DNA of 63,842 bases, counting the filler, from Nemertoderma westbladi (taxonomy: Eukaryota; Animalia; Xenacoelomorpha), in NCBI GenBank assembly GCA_032718475.1. It is 3 parts of 3 records of this genome, joined end to end, with 100 filler letters (N's around TTAATTAATTAA, not from the genome) between each part and the next. Parts side by side here need not be neighbours in the genome. Positions count along the whole stretch, not along the records: positions 1 to 17,967 come from JAUCBJ010001125.1; positions 18,068 to 46,555 come from JAUCBJ010001927.1; 1 more part is not named here. One strand, 5' to 3'. Within the stretch, counting starts at the first letter, position 1; every line of letters starts with the position of its first letter. This document shows, in pieces, positions 13,626 through 26,050 of the stretch. The notes below the pieces were generated by a model. That model searched no databases, was not told the DNA's origin, and saw nothing but the letters and a program-made list of their open reading frames with translations. A program made the position numbers and the translations under genes.

Positions 13626-16600
13626 GGTTGGTACTCAAGCTTATCATACGGGTACCAACTGCAGAGTCCCCCCCCCCCCCACACCCCCCCATGTAATTTA
13701 TATTTCAGACTGTTGAGTGTTGACTGACTGACTACATTGTGTACCAATACTAAGTTTAGTTGAGTTTAATTTCATCATTTTATTGACTGAGTTATTAGCC
13801 TTCAAACATTTGCAGACAGACGGACTACCGATTCAAATTTTAAATCCACCACCTGTCCAATCATTCTAACTAAATTGGTCGCATATGAAATAAAGGTTTG
13901 TTTATTGTTTAGTTAGAAAACACCGCCCCAGAAACCTGCTCTTTTCCATTAATATTTTGAATTAAATTGATTTTTGAAACCGAATAAACACTCGATTAGT
14001 TTTTGCGGTTTATAAATCGGTGTTTGTGATAAATTTTCTTCATTAACTCATAACTCGCCCACCTATACCTATAATTAATAGTTAGTATTTTCTATAAAGA
14101 CTTTTCCCCTCACGTACCGTACAACGGCAGTCTGAGGCGAGCCACGAAGTAAGGTTAGCCTTACTTCATAAAGATATTGTCGTTTGAACATAATATAATA
14201 ACTCAGTCACTCCTCGATAAAATTAAACCGAACTTGGTGCACATATAGTGTAGTCTGTCATTGGCGAAATTTTAGGGCTGTAATTTGCCAGGCACTATTC
14301 ATTTATTAGAGAGTTCGATTTTGGTGGAATAAAATTAAACAGGAAGTTGTACCGAATCATCCCCCGTGGGGAAATGTAAAGTAACAAAAACTATAGTATA
14401 TCTTGTGTTTATAATAATTAAGGCGATAAAGGTAATGGATCTGTATGGGTCTATTATCGAGTTCCACCACCGTTTATATTACGTAGGTTTTATTGTTTAC
14501 GGCAGATAAAACCAGATAGGCGCAATCATTTACGGATTATTTAAACCGAATTATTAATTTTACGTCTCTGAGTTTTACTTTATACAAATTATTTTCTTGT
14601 CCGACTGTGAAATTAAATTTTCGTTGGTATTAAAGCTATTTACATAAATGTGTGAAAAGTAGCGCATTTCAATGTTATGACCCGAGTTTAATTATACCAT
14701 ATTATAATATGAGGGAGGTTTATATAAATAAACAGGGGTCATAAACTGTAAATAGTGCAATTTTCAAACAACAGTGAGGTTGGAGACTCGGAAATTTTAC
14801 TATGTATTTCCAGTATATCCAGTATGTCACTGCATCATTAATAGGTTGTTCTAGAAAATTTTAGAGCGTAATTACAAATAATTCTCCACAAATAAATAAA
14901 ATTAGATTCGTAATTGTTTATAATTAGCACTTTAAAGCGGAACTACCTACTAATTTACGGTCCTCGTTTGGTTATTTCCCTCACGTACGGTAATGTATCG
15001 GTAATTATTTGATATATTTAATAATTTAATGGGATTTCAAGTTACCGAGCCTTTTGTTTGGCTTGTGTTATGTAAATTTAGGCAGAATTTCCATGTATAA
15101 ACATATGATCCTCAAAATACAATTTATAGACTTTTAGGGCATTAACAAGGTAATATTGAATCTTGCTATCTGGGGTTTTTTCACATGCTCTTTCACAAGA
15201 AACCAACGAAAACTCGATAAAAATTTCCCAGACGCCAGCCTATTAATTGCAGTTACTGTAACAAATATACGGTAAAAAACTAGAAATATTGATTACTTTG
15301 CAGCTTTACGAGTATATCACTTGATGCTAATAAATTGACAATAATAACTATTGTTCGGTAATTAAATTAATTTGCTTAATTTACAGCGAGCGAGGTCAAT
15401 AAGATAATCGAGGCGAGAAGGTCAATTAAGAGTTTTATTTCCCGGACAATATCCACTGACATTTGTAATTTTTCTACTTTGTTACGGCACACCTGCCTGC
15501 AGTAGAGAATCGAAATCGAGATTTGTAATGTATAAGATCCCTGAGTGATAAACAACTGCCACTCATTAAGGGAGCTCAATTATTATCTTCTAACGATATC
15601 ATTGTGCTTACATCTCTATACTTGACTATCTGTAACTAACTTTGTGAACTTTGAAATAAATGATTAATTTGTATAATATCAGTGACTCCTATGCATTTAT
15701 ATATAACACTCAAGTCCAAAATCCTGCTTATACCGTTACACTATTAATTTATTGTTGACAATACAGTTTATTAATATATAATAATAGTATTTCATTATTA
15801 GTGGTCGCAATAAGAGCTGTAAGTTGCTCCTTTCCCGATATTAAGAATTTAACATACAGGCGAGGCGAGGCGAGATATTAATTCACCGAGATGGGATTTG
15901 CGTTTGCCTCCGGAATGATTATCACACGTCATTATACAATAAAAAAAACTTTTCGGCTGTTGATTATTTTTACACATTAAACTGCTCGTTTTCTATACAT
16001 GAAGGCATTCGTAATTTTTTTAATCGTTAATTTTAATTATATTGCTTTCTTTTATCTAACCTGAGAATGTGTTATGTTGTTGTTAATTAAACACTTATTA
16101 CGTACGCTAACAATTATTATTTGGCGGTGTCTCTCTCTCTCCCAATTAGTTACAGTATTTCTCGTTCACCGTGTATTTCATATTCCGGTAAATGAGTTTT
16201 ATTATGCTTTTATCATAAATACAAATATTGCAAGTACTTTGCCCGCTGTGTTTGTGGATATTCAATAAATTGATATAAATCTGGCAACTGGCTTAATGCT
16301 TCAAATTTGAAATATGTTTTGGATTTTTGTTTACATAACTTACCGTAACAAGCCAAGCCTGCCTTTGCGGTATACCTTCACACTTGTAATTCCGTTTTGT
16401 TATTTTAATTTTCGTCGTCAACTTAGCGTTGTTATTATAATTTACCTTAGATACAACAACCACACATACAAAAATTATTCCGGCTTGTAGCAAGCTGGCA
16501 GGAACCGTTTTGCTAGTAGGGCCTTCGATGATTGCCGGTACTACTGTACACGTCCCTGGCCCCTTCGCGCAGCACGAGACTCGACAAAAGCACCACAGAA

Positions 16601-17266
16601 TAGAACTTTGTAGTCATGTGCGTTATTGATATTTAGCCTTCTAGTATCAGACTGGAAAATTGTAGATTGTTAAAGTTTCATTTCAAAGTCGCAGTCACAG
16701 GTTTAGATCTAGCACATATTTGCCAAGTTTCACCTCGAAGGGTTTATAAACAACGGAATGGGGGGAGGTTTTTACTTTCACATATCCCCATAGCATTATA
16801 GTCTTACAATTATAGTTTACAGTTAGTTACCCATTAATCCATTAAATAAATAACATCGCAAATCTTTGAAATGGTTGACCACATCTGGTTCTCCAGCCAA
16901 ATGTAGGATGTTTGAGTTTATAACTTTATAATTTTGTCTCAGGCTGTCCCAGAGTGCACTTAATGGCTTTATAAGGAAATGGTTTAGTAGACTTACTAAC
17001 GCTGCCGGTTCTTTTTATTTGAATTTTTAATGCAGGCAACAGCCAATAGGAACAGGGGTGGTGGTTATTTATTACTTATCTTATTTGCCTCATTATTTCC
17101 TCCATGTTGTTTTTTTTTTTTATAATGTTTATTTATGTTATTTAACGTCATGTTGTGACTTTTAATTTACTTTTAATTATTAATTCTCATTTTTGATTAT
17201 CTTTCTAAACTTTTGACGGACTCCATACGTACGAAGTTTGAATTAAAAAACGTGCAAAATAATTAT

Positions 17267-17347
17267 TGCCGCGGGTAGGATTCGAACCAAAGCGGGAAGA
17301 TCTCATTGGATTTCTAATCCAACGCCTAACACCTCGGCCAATACAGC
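17267..17347 (-). tRNA. tRNA-Ser(AGA)-like sequence, probably a pseudogene
   Basis: Reverse complement GCTGTATTGGCCGAGGTGTTAGGCGTTGGATTAGAAATCCAATGAGATCTTCCCGCTTTGGTTCGAATCCTACCCGCGGCA has A box, anticodon arm TTGGA-TTAGAAA-TCCAA, long variable arm, B box and a downstream T-run; acceptor and T stems are mismatched. Confidence 0.6.
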
Positions 17348-17967
17348 TCGAGGTAAAACGTGCATACTGTCATTTTATGGAGGCTGATCTGTTATGTAAT
17401 TTCGTACTTACCGGTGCACAGTACCTGTACCGTATCGGTATTTCTTCTGAGTCTCTAGCTGTCTAGCGGCTCCCCATAATTAATTGTCTTAACTTTTTAA
17501 TTTCGTAAAAGGCAGACTTTATGATTCTTTACAAACAACCAAAATTTCAGCTCTGAAAAATGAGGCGTTCCCGAGAAATTTAACATTATTTTTCTTAAAA
17601 CACATAATAATACATCGTAGCTAACTTTAGACAACATGAATATTCACCAAACTGTACAAAGTTTCTAAACTTTCCCTCTACTACCTACTACTTACCTACT
17701 AAGATTGGTTCAATTCGAGCCAGCGATGTCGAGAAATTCGCATTCAAACATTTACCAGACAGACAGACAGTTAGACAGACGGACATGCATAATTTGCCCT
17801 ATATGAACCGTATGCCAAGGCTCACAGACTACGTGTCTCGCCCCACAACCCTCCCTCTCCCCCCTCCCTATCTGTGTATAATAGGATAGCGATAATGTCG
17901 TTTTCCACATATCACAATCCCACATAAACGTAGTCGTATCGTGAGACAATTCTTTTTATTTAGAGGT

Positions 17968-18067
17968 NNNNNNNNNNNNNNNNNNNNNNNNNNNNNNNNN
18001 NNNNNNNNNNNTTAATTAATTAANNNNNNNNNNNNNNNNNNNNNNNNNNNNNNNNNNNNNNNNNNNN
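17968..18067. other. Artificial contig spacer
   Basis: 100 nt of N with a central TTAATTAATTAA (stops in all six frames). Confidence 0.98.
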
Positions 18068-18402
18068 TTCAGTCCAACTCTTTGTTTTTTTTTTACCAAA
18101 AATAGTTTTATATGCGTGTTATCATCAGATCAGAAATTGTAGAAAACAAGAATTTACTAATACTTCACTAAGCAGCTTAATGATAGAATAGTTCTAGAAC
18201 AGTTTTTTTAAGATAATCTCCCAAATATAACATGTTTCTTTTCATTAATTTTGATTTGAAGCCGGGAAACCTATGCGATTCAGCACTCGCTATCAGATCC
18301 TTATTAAATGTTGTCGTCGTATAAAGGACAATTTTGATCTGGACAATTGCAACCCGTACAATTCTGAAGATCAAATCGAACCCATACCTTGGTGAAACGA
18401 AG

Positions 18403-18679
18403 GTTCCACCTTGGTGTAGTGGTTGCATTGAATTCACATCTCATGTAGGTCGTGGGTTCGATCCTCACATGGGCCAGGGCAGTTTTCGTTTCGGTACGAA
18501 TGCTTTAAAGGGACCAGCCAGGGCGCATCTCTGCCTTGCATCCTTAAGTGGTAGCTAAATGAGTACTGGAGTTTCCTCAGGGGAGTAACGTTCTGGGGGG
18601 ACCGCACTGGAAATAAGTCGTCAGACTTTGTGCGTAATCCCTGGCCTAGCGGCCGAAGAAAATTTACTTTACTTTACTT
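18403..18679 (+). mobile_element. tRNA-derived SINE with a conserved central domain (Meta/Nin-type)
   Basis: A box TGGTGTAGTGG, B box GGTTCGATCC, central CTCTGCCTTGCATCC...TAAATGAGTACTGG, 3' (TTTAC)n tail. Confidence 0.75.
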
Positions 18680-18760
18680 CCCATACAAAAAATATGATTT
18701 TTAAAAATTGGTCCCAATTGTCAGGATTTCATGATGTACTTACCGTAGTTAAGAACTTAC

Positions 18761-18877
18761 TTTAATGTCACTACTTGGTGGAGACACATCATCCTGGTCT
18801 GCAGGCAGACCAGGTAGTTTCCTTCTCACCGTGTGTCGTCGAGTCCCAGTCTCACTGCAGACACTCCCAGTTTCGCT
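18761..18877 (-). CDS. Exon of large minus-strand gene (SETGSVCSETGTRRHTVRRKLPGLPADQDDVSPPSSDIK)
   Basis: TTTCAG acceptor, GTAAGT donor, 117 nt open, phase 0-0. Confidence 0.6.
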
Positions 18878-19126
18878 CTGAAAGAAACGCATTACAATAA
18901 TTGTCTATAGACGATTGGCATTCCATATAGAAGTCGGAAATATTAAAAATATAAGGTGATAGTAACCCTAGGGATTAGTTGATCTTCGTTAATTACATTG
19001 TCGTTTTAAGTCACAATAAGATTAAATATTGACGAAGCAGGAAAATCGTTGATTTTATTCATAATTACGTATGCAATTTGCATGTGATCTCGAAATTCGA
19101 AAATTCGAAAAATGCTTCTCACCAAC

Positions 19127-19264
19127 CTTATCGGAATCCAGCCTGTACCGGGTAAGTTCCCCTGAGGTTAGTAGGTTGTAATTCAGGTCTTTATTTGAGT
19201 TACTTTCGGTTATTGAGATTCGTGGTCGTGTTTGGAGACCAAATCTTTGAGAATCCTGGGCCAT
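19127..19264 (-). CDS. Exon of large minus-strand gene (MAQDSQRFGLQTRPRISITES...RLDSDK)
   Basis: TCGCAG acceptor, GTTGGT donor, 138 nt, phase 0-0; the only open frame. Confidence 0.55.
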
Positions 19265-20606
19265 CTGCGAGAATTACAACAATAAATTATTATATTCCCA
19301 GATTATATTAGCGCCAGTCCGCGCAGCACTATTGCGATACCTACCCTATTGGGATTGACTGTAGGCCATGCCTGGCCAACCGGTACTACTTGTCTGCATG
19401 TGTATAAGACTTTTACCGATCCCGTCATATACTGGGATTCTTACCTACCGATACCGGTACACGGTACCTCAGTACCTACCGTTGTACATTATTGCTGTAT
19501 CTTGTGTTATTGCCACTTTTAGTACCATATAGCTTCTCTGTTATTATATTATCATATACTGATACATATATCATTCTTAGCTTCCTTCCACATTGGCGTA
19601 GTAAAATACCCTGATCATCAATAAATTCGAAAAATGATATCTTTGGTGAAAGATAAAAGATGCTAAAGATATCTTTGGTAGGTCATATTTTAGAACATTG
19701 TTGTTCCCAAAAACGTTTTTTATAACCTGCGACCAATGCAATGATTAAGAACTTGATAAAAATTCCCGTGGAATTCTTTGTGTCACCTAATAAGGTGAGG
19801 TATTCTACTAAATCTCTTTATTCATTCATTTACTAATATAATTTACCAGCCCAACTGTACCTGGTTACGCTACTCTCTCGAGATTTCTCACCACCACCAC
19901 GGGACCCTTTTAGTGATTCTCATTCCCCCCCCCCCCCCCCCCCCATAATATAGCTCTAGCTGCTTTCCTTTCCTTTCCCGCTTCATATGCCTTAATAATA
20001 CGTTGTGAATACCCCGAGAGAAAGTCGGCAACGAACATGTAGCATATGAGAAACGAGGAAAAAGGCAATTATGATTGTGGTAGCAATGGGATTCAATTAC
20101 TCTCACTATCTTCACTACCGTGACTAGTGGAATAAAAACACTTGCATGCTTGAGGGCAGGATGATATTAATGAAATGTTTCATTTATATCCACTCTCGGG
20201 CTCACTCATAAGGATAGGTTTACACTATATCGACTGTGATGGTGAACTAGTAGTGTGAGTTCCCTTTAGTCTTAATGCACTCATGATTGTTTAAATTTTC
20301 TTGAAACGATTTAGAACACGTTCAGTGTTCATGAGCCTGTAGCAGCAATAATGCCCTATAAAGCCATGGCCCCAAGAACCACAGTATTATTGGATAAAGA
20401 CAGATCCATATGGGTGATGGATGAAATTAATAATTACCAACCCGTTGTTAGCGTTAATATATGGAATATCTGTCATCCCCCTTTCGTAGTATAAATAAGT
20501 GTTTTATGATTATAGCGTTCATAAAATAGCACTTTATAGCGTTACGGGACATCGTAACTGCTTACGTAACACCCTAATAAAGTAGAGTTTTTATTGTCCT
20601 ATTGGA

Positions 20607-21137
20607 TCACGTTCGAGGGGCCTTCGCGCAGCAGAAGGCTAAGTTATGTGATACAAATTAAAATTGAACGATTTTATCATAAAATCGGTATTTAAGAAAT
20701 TTAACAAAACTGAGAAAAAAAGAAAGGGGGACAAGACAATTCTAAGTACACACAAAAAAATAAAATAATTTTTAAGAACATTTCATAGAAATGCCATCAA
20801 AATGATGACCATTGATGACCATCCGTAGGACTACTACAGTAGCTCCAGACATCCTAGGCCTTGAAGAATTAGACTTGTAATCTGTTGACCAATGAATGAC
20901 TGAGCATTATTAAAAATGTATCCAATTTTGGTTAACTGATTTATCTTAGCTTCTCGAAGGTCATACGCAAATTCTGCTTGGAAAATATATAAACTTTTGC
21001 CGGACTAAATATCTACGAAGTTTGGTTAGATTTCATCGAGGATTAGCTGAGTAAGAAATATTCGGAACCACAGATCGACAGGTTGATTAATGGTACCCCT
21101 ACATTAAGGCTCACCTTACTTCATGGCTCGCCCCACA
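20607..21137 (+). mobile_element. Short diverged copy of the dispersed Helentron/DINE-like repeat
   Basis: Starts CACGTTCGAGGGGCCTTCGCGCAGCA and ends CTTCATGGCTCGCCCCACA, the same termini as 38462-40007. Confidence 0.55.
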
Positions 21138-22919
21138 GTTGGAATGGGTTCGACATAAAATATCAATTCAATGAATGCTCAAAAAGGGATAGAATGAGAC
21201 AATTAGTCTGAAAGTTGTCATGATTGCATCAACCACCCAAAAATAAAATTTTAAATTCCCAATTACCTGCCACTGAGATTGCCATTTACGAATGGCATTG
21301 AAAATACTACAACTTACAACTGCATACACGATTTGAATTAAACATTAGAAGCCATTCAAATGGTGGTCGTACTGCAATTTGATCATAGCATTTTAGTACT
21401 ATGCTACGCCTAGCTGACATCATTGCAAATAGTTTGGTTAAGATTTCCTTCCTTGTAAGAGTGTTTTTTTGACAAATACTTATCAAGTGCTGAGGAGTGT
21501 AACATTTCGTGTGTTTGACGAGCTAAAAATGAGAGAGCTGCTGTCATATACTAGTATATAGCACTGTATGTACACTGTACAGGTACCGATACAGGTACTA
21601 TACCATACTAGGGCGAGATTCTGGGTTGACATTTACATTTTCCTCTGCTAATTAAAATCTTTTGACGAGGCATCCCATCGTAACAGCCATCAACAGTTTA
21701 AATAGATTGTTGTTACAAATATTGTGAATTATTTTCATTATTTATTAAGTTTTATGTTTTATTATTATCAGTTTTGACACAATCCTTAATGGTATTGATT
21801 GTCCTTAATTAAATTAATTAGGAAATATACAGTATATCGTTGTATGTCTGACTATTTTCCTAGTATGCGGGTCTAATTTATGTTCCCCGGTTGGGTCACC
21901 CCAACAATTTAACCACCATTCCTGCCAGAGGGTGAGTGCGATGGGTTTTTTAAGACTTTCATTGTCTGTGTATTTTATAGTTAGAATATTCTACTATTAA
22001 TAAGTATATATGACCTACTTATTATAGTAGGTCATGGTTGGAAGAGTTTTAAAATGCAATTCCCTCCAATTCCCTGCAATAAACAATTATCACCAGATAC
22101 GTACTTCACATTGTACACAAATCAGCACATTGATTGACCTCTCTATGTATAGAATGTATTTGCTATTCCAATTATCATATACTGTAATTTCATTCCGTTT
22201 GCTATTCCGTCTAATCGATAAAGATGTCTCCACAGATACTTGGACACTTCAAGGTTATTTCTTGTAATCCCGCAGACATTTGCCGTATTTTTCATTGTAG
22301 ACAATCCTTGGGATTTTTTGTTTTGTGTGATTGTGATTATAGTAGGAAATTAAGATTGTCATCAATAATCCGCTGATACCCAGCTGGCATCTCTGAGGAT
22401 TTTATTCAATTGCCATTCAAAAAATCGTCTCCAGGGACATCTTAGAGAGTGCATCCCTTGCTTCCCTATGTTTTGGTAATAAATCTACTGCTGAAAATGA
22501 ACGAATTTTACATTAATCTATTTTCAATTCAGTCACACCACGCATATTTTTTCCGGCGACAATTTTGTATATTTAATAAATAACGACTGCAGTTGGGCAT
22601 CAGTCGAATTATCAAATCACCTTGACAAATTAGTGAAAATAATAAGAAAAATAATTATAATTGGATGCAAGGTACAATGCAATATCTGTCAGGCTATAGT
22701 ATTTGCCAAGTGTTTCTTTTATAATTTTGGTTTTTGTTCAAATATGTGCTGACTAACTTTATGCGCTGTTACTTTCATCAACAAAATGTTCAGGGTCACT
22801 TGGGTGATCAGCGTCGTGACTGATTGATTCATTTCTAGCATATGAAACATGTAGGCCTACTGCGCAGGTGGAACCCTAGAGTAGTCGTTGCAGGTGAGTA
22901 GGCCTACTCACCAACTTAC

Positions 22920-22941
22920 CATGTTTTGATTGCTTGGATAT
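22920..22941 (-). CDS. Putative 22-nt microexon (R-YPSNQNM)
   Basis: TTTTCAG acceptor and ATG|GTAAGT donor; phase 2 to 0, exactly bridging the giant exon and the 19264 exon. Confidence 0.45.
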
Positions 22942-24289
22942 CTGAAAACACCTGAATGTAAGATCGATCACAATTTCGCACATGACATGTGTGTTAGTGC
23001 CCGTGGCAAATCCGTAAAATTAAAGATGAACCATTGAAATTTGATATTGTTCATCAGTTGACAGCAACATAATAGTGATAGTAACAGGTGTATTATAAAG
23101 ATGACAAGATGAAAAAAAAAGTAATCAAAGGTAACCGGGACAACCAATCCATACAATAGATTCAGACCTACCTTTCTGTAGAATGACTCCATATTATTGT
23201 TCAATTATTGCATATATATTCGTTAATAAAATAAGTCCATGATATATGGTTTATAAATATACAGTTGTGATAAACAGTATAATGTATACATATACAATGA
23301 GCTTAACTTTTACTAAAATACCAAAATGAGTTCAGAATAATTAATAAAAATTTGTCAATATTATACAGTAACGCTACCTAGACCATTTTGATTAATTATA
23401 TAATCAATCAACCTGTCGTTCTCTCACGGTCTTTCTGGTATAACTCCCTGAGGGAGAGACAGACAGACTCCAATAGAAATACCTATAATGTGTGATACTG
23501 CTACTGCAGTTAGTAAACTACTGATTTAAACTGGACTTTAGATGAACAACAAAAATAAAAATATTTTTTTTGCTTCAATAATACCGAGTCGTCCATCCAA
23601 AGTCCTCTAAGTTTTTCCCTTAAATAAAATAGTTATTAAAATTATCTAATACTGTATAATTGATGTGCAATGGTTTACTGGTGAATCTAGCACGTCCTTC
23701 CAGCGTATTAATACTATTTACAGGATATACAATATAATAAATGTAAACTTTATATTCCACGTACTTCACACATTCGAATAGTACAAAAGAACACTGGGTG
23801 GTTTGCAAATCACATGAATCTCTAATGCACTCCCCACATCATGTCAAGAATGGAGCAAGAAAACATACAATGCCAGCAGAGGAAATTTTTTTTGCCACCT
23901 GCAATAATGTAGTACCACAGTTTACTCATATAATCTCAAGCTATTGTATCCTATGAAGTTATACTGCCTACTCAAGGAGGCTGAATGCTGCACTATATAT
24001 ACTGTTTGCTCTGCTCCTTCTTCCCCTAGTTCCCTACCTGAGGAAGTTTGCCCATTACAAGGAAGCAGCTTTCCAAAGGACAATCCTCCATTAACCCGGT
24101 GACACTCGGCCTGTTATTGGTCGGCCAATACCTGCCATCCTACAATAGTGGCATCAGGTTAGGTTGAGGGACTGACTGACTGTCTGCTAAGAGAAGCGTT
24201 GTTGATTCTGTGACCCAGATAAAGCATAGTTCATATAAATAAATATAATAGGAAATAAATATATCCCAACAACATACAGAAAATTCACG

Positions 24290-26050
24290 AAAAGAAGGAA
24301 AAACCCTATAAAACTATTATCAAGGAGATATAGTAGGTGACTAAAAGAACAATTTTATAATGCGAAGAAGGCATGGATTTCAAATGAGTCATCAAAACAG
24401 TATGTTAATTAATTCTATACAAACTATGTGAGGCAAGTCATAAATACAGTGATGCTCTTGCTCGTATAGAAAGACATAGTTATCATCAGCATGTCATTGG
24501 AATGGCAGAAAAATGTGCAGGAAAAGATAAACAGTTGTGGAGATCCATAAAAAGATCCAACACTTAAGGACAGATATTACAAAGGATACAGCTGATAATT
24601 TATTTACTCATTTTAGCAACCATTACTAAAATATATTGACAACAACCATGACGACGGGGGATGTTGAAAATCAACAATGGGTACAACCTAATGAGGAGGT
24701 TCCACCACTCTTACCAACAGAAATTGAGGAGGCCATAAGAACACTACATAAAAATAAATCTGATGATATTAAAAACATAAAAGCGAAAGATTTATTTTTT
24801 GGGATTTGTGACCCCTTACTGACTGAGCTAACATATATCTTCAACACAATGAGGGTAACAAGTTGTTGTCCCCATGTGTTTGGACAGGCACTTTTGCTTC
24901 CTATTTACAAAGGCAAATTATTGGATAGATGTGTAGCAAAGAACTACAGAGGGGTAGCAATAATCCCCATTATATCAAAACTATGGGAGATGGTGGATTC
25001 TTAAGTTGAATTCTTAGCACACATGACTTACAAATGGGTTTCAAGTCTAAACTGAGTACGGAAATGGCCTATCTTACAGCAACAAAATATTCTAGAATAC
25101 TTTAGGAAGAATCACACCTCTATATATATATAATGTCTATGGACCTCACGGCTGCATTTGATAAAGTTGAATATATAAAGCTCTTCAGCATTCTAAAAGA
25201 GGCAAAAGTGGATATTAATTTGGTGAACCTAATCATGTCATACAAATGGGTTTCAAGTCTAAACTGAGTACGGAAATGGCCTATCTTACAGCAACAAAAT
25301 ATTCTAGAATACTTTAGGAAGAATCACACCTCTATATATATATAATGTCTATGGACCTCACGGCTGCATTTGATAAAGTTGAATATATAAAGCTCTTCAG
25401 CATTCTAAAAGAGGCAAAAGTGGATATTAATTTGGTGAACCTAATCATGTCATACTATAAGTGTGGAAGAACTACGATGTGTATTAATGGAAAACTTTAT
25501 AAAGATGTTATTAACTTACAACTAGGGGTTCGCCAAGGTAGCATCCTAGCACCTTTCCTATTTAATGTATACTTATTATCCCAGCTGTTCACAAATATTA
25601 TGCAAAGTAAATGTGGCGTCCATGTAGGTAAACAACCCTTCAGTATTATTAGCTATGGAGACGACATACTTCTGATTGCTAACCTAAAGTCAGACTTAGA
25701 ATTCATGGTCAATATATTTTTTTCATTTTTTAAGGAATATAATTTAATTATAAATCTTAAGAAGTCACATTACTTGGAGATTAATGAACTGGGTGAGAGT
25801 GAAGTGGGAAAAGATCTCGATATTTCAGATCTGGAAAGAAAGCAACACAATGCCAAATACTTCATGTATTTAGGACTTCCCTTACCACCAACACCATCTA
25901 ACCTCAAAGCCCACTTCCTTCGTAAATCTCTAGCGAGTGGTACGAAGGATATGGCAGACTATATGCACGCCAGATTCTCTATGGCTGTGAGGCCCCAACC
26001 CCCAAAGTCTACAGAGGTATAAGTTATTTCAAAACAGATACGCAAAGCAA
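24290..26050 (+). mobile_element. Degenerate non-LTR retrotransposon RT region (clade unclear) with an internal ~210-bp tandem duplication
   Basis: NYRGVAIIPIISKLWE, MDLTAAFDKV, GVRQGSILAPFLFNVY, SYGDDILL, YLG and an out-of-frame LYGCEA; ~25028-25240 is duplicated at 25241-25453. Confidence 0.85.

Noticed and set aside
18011-18023. TTAATTAATTAA palindrome within Ns (also at ~46600)
   Set aside because: Artificial concatenation linker; adjacency of the contigs is not biological.
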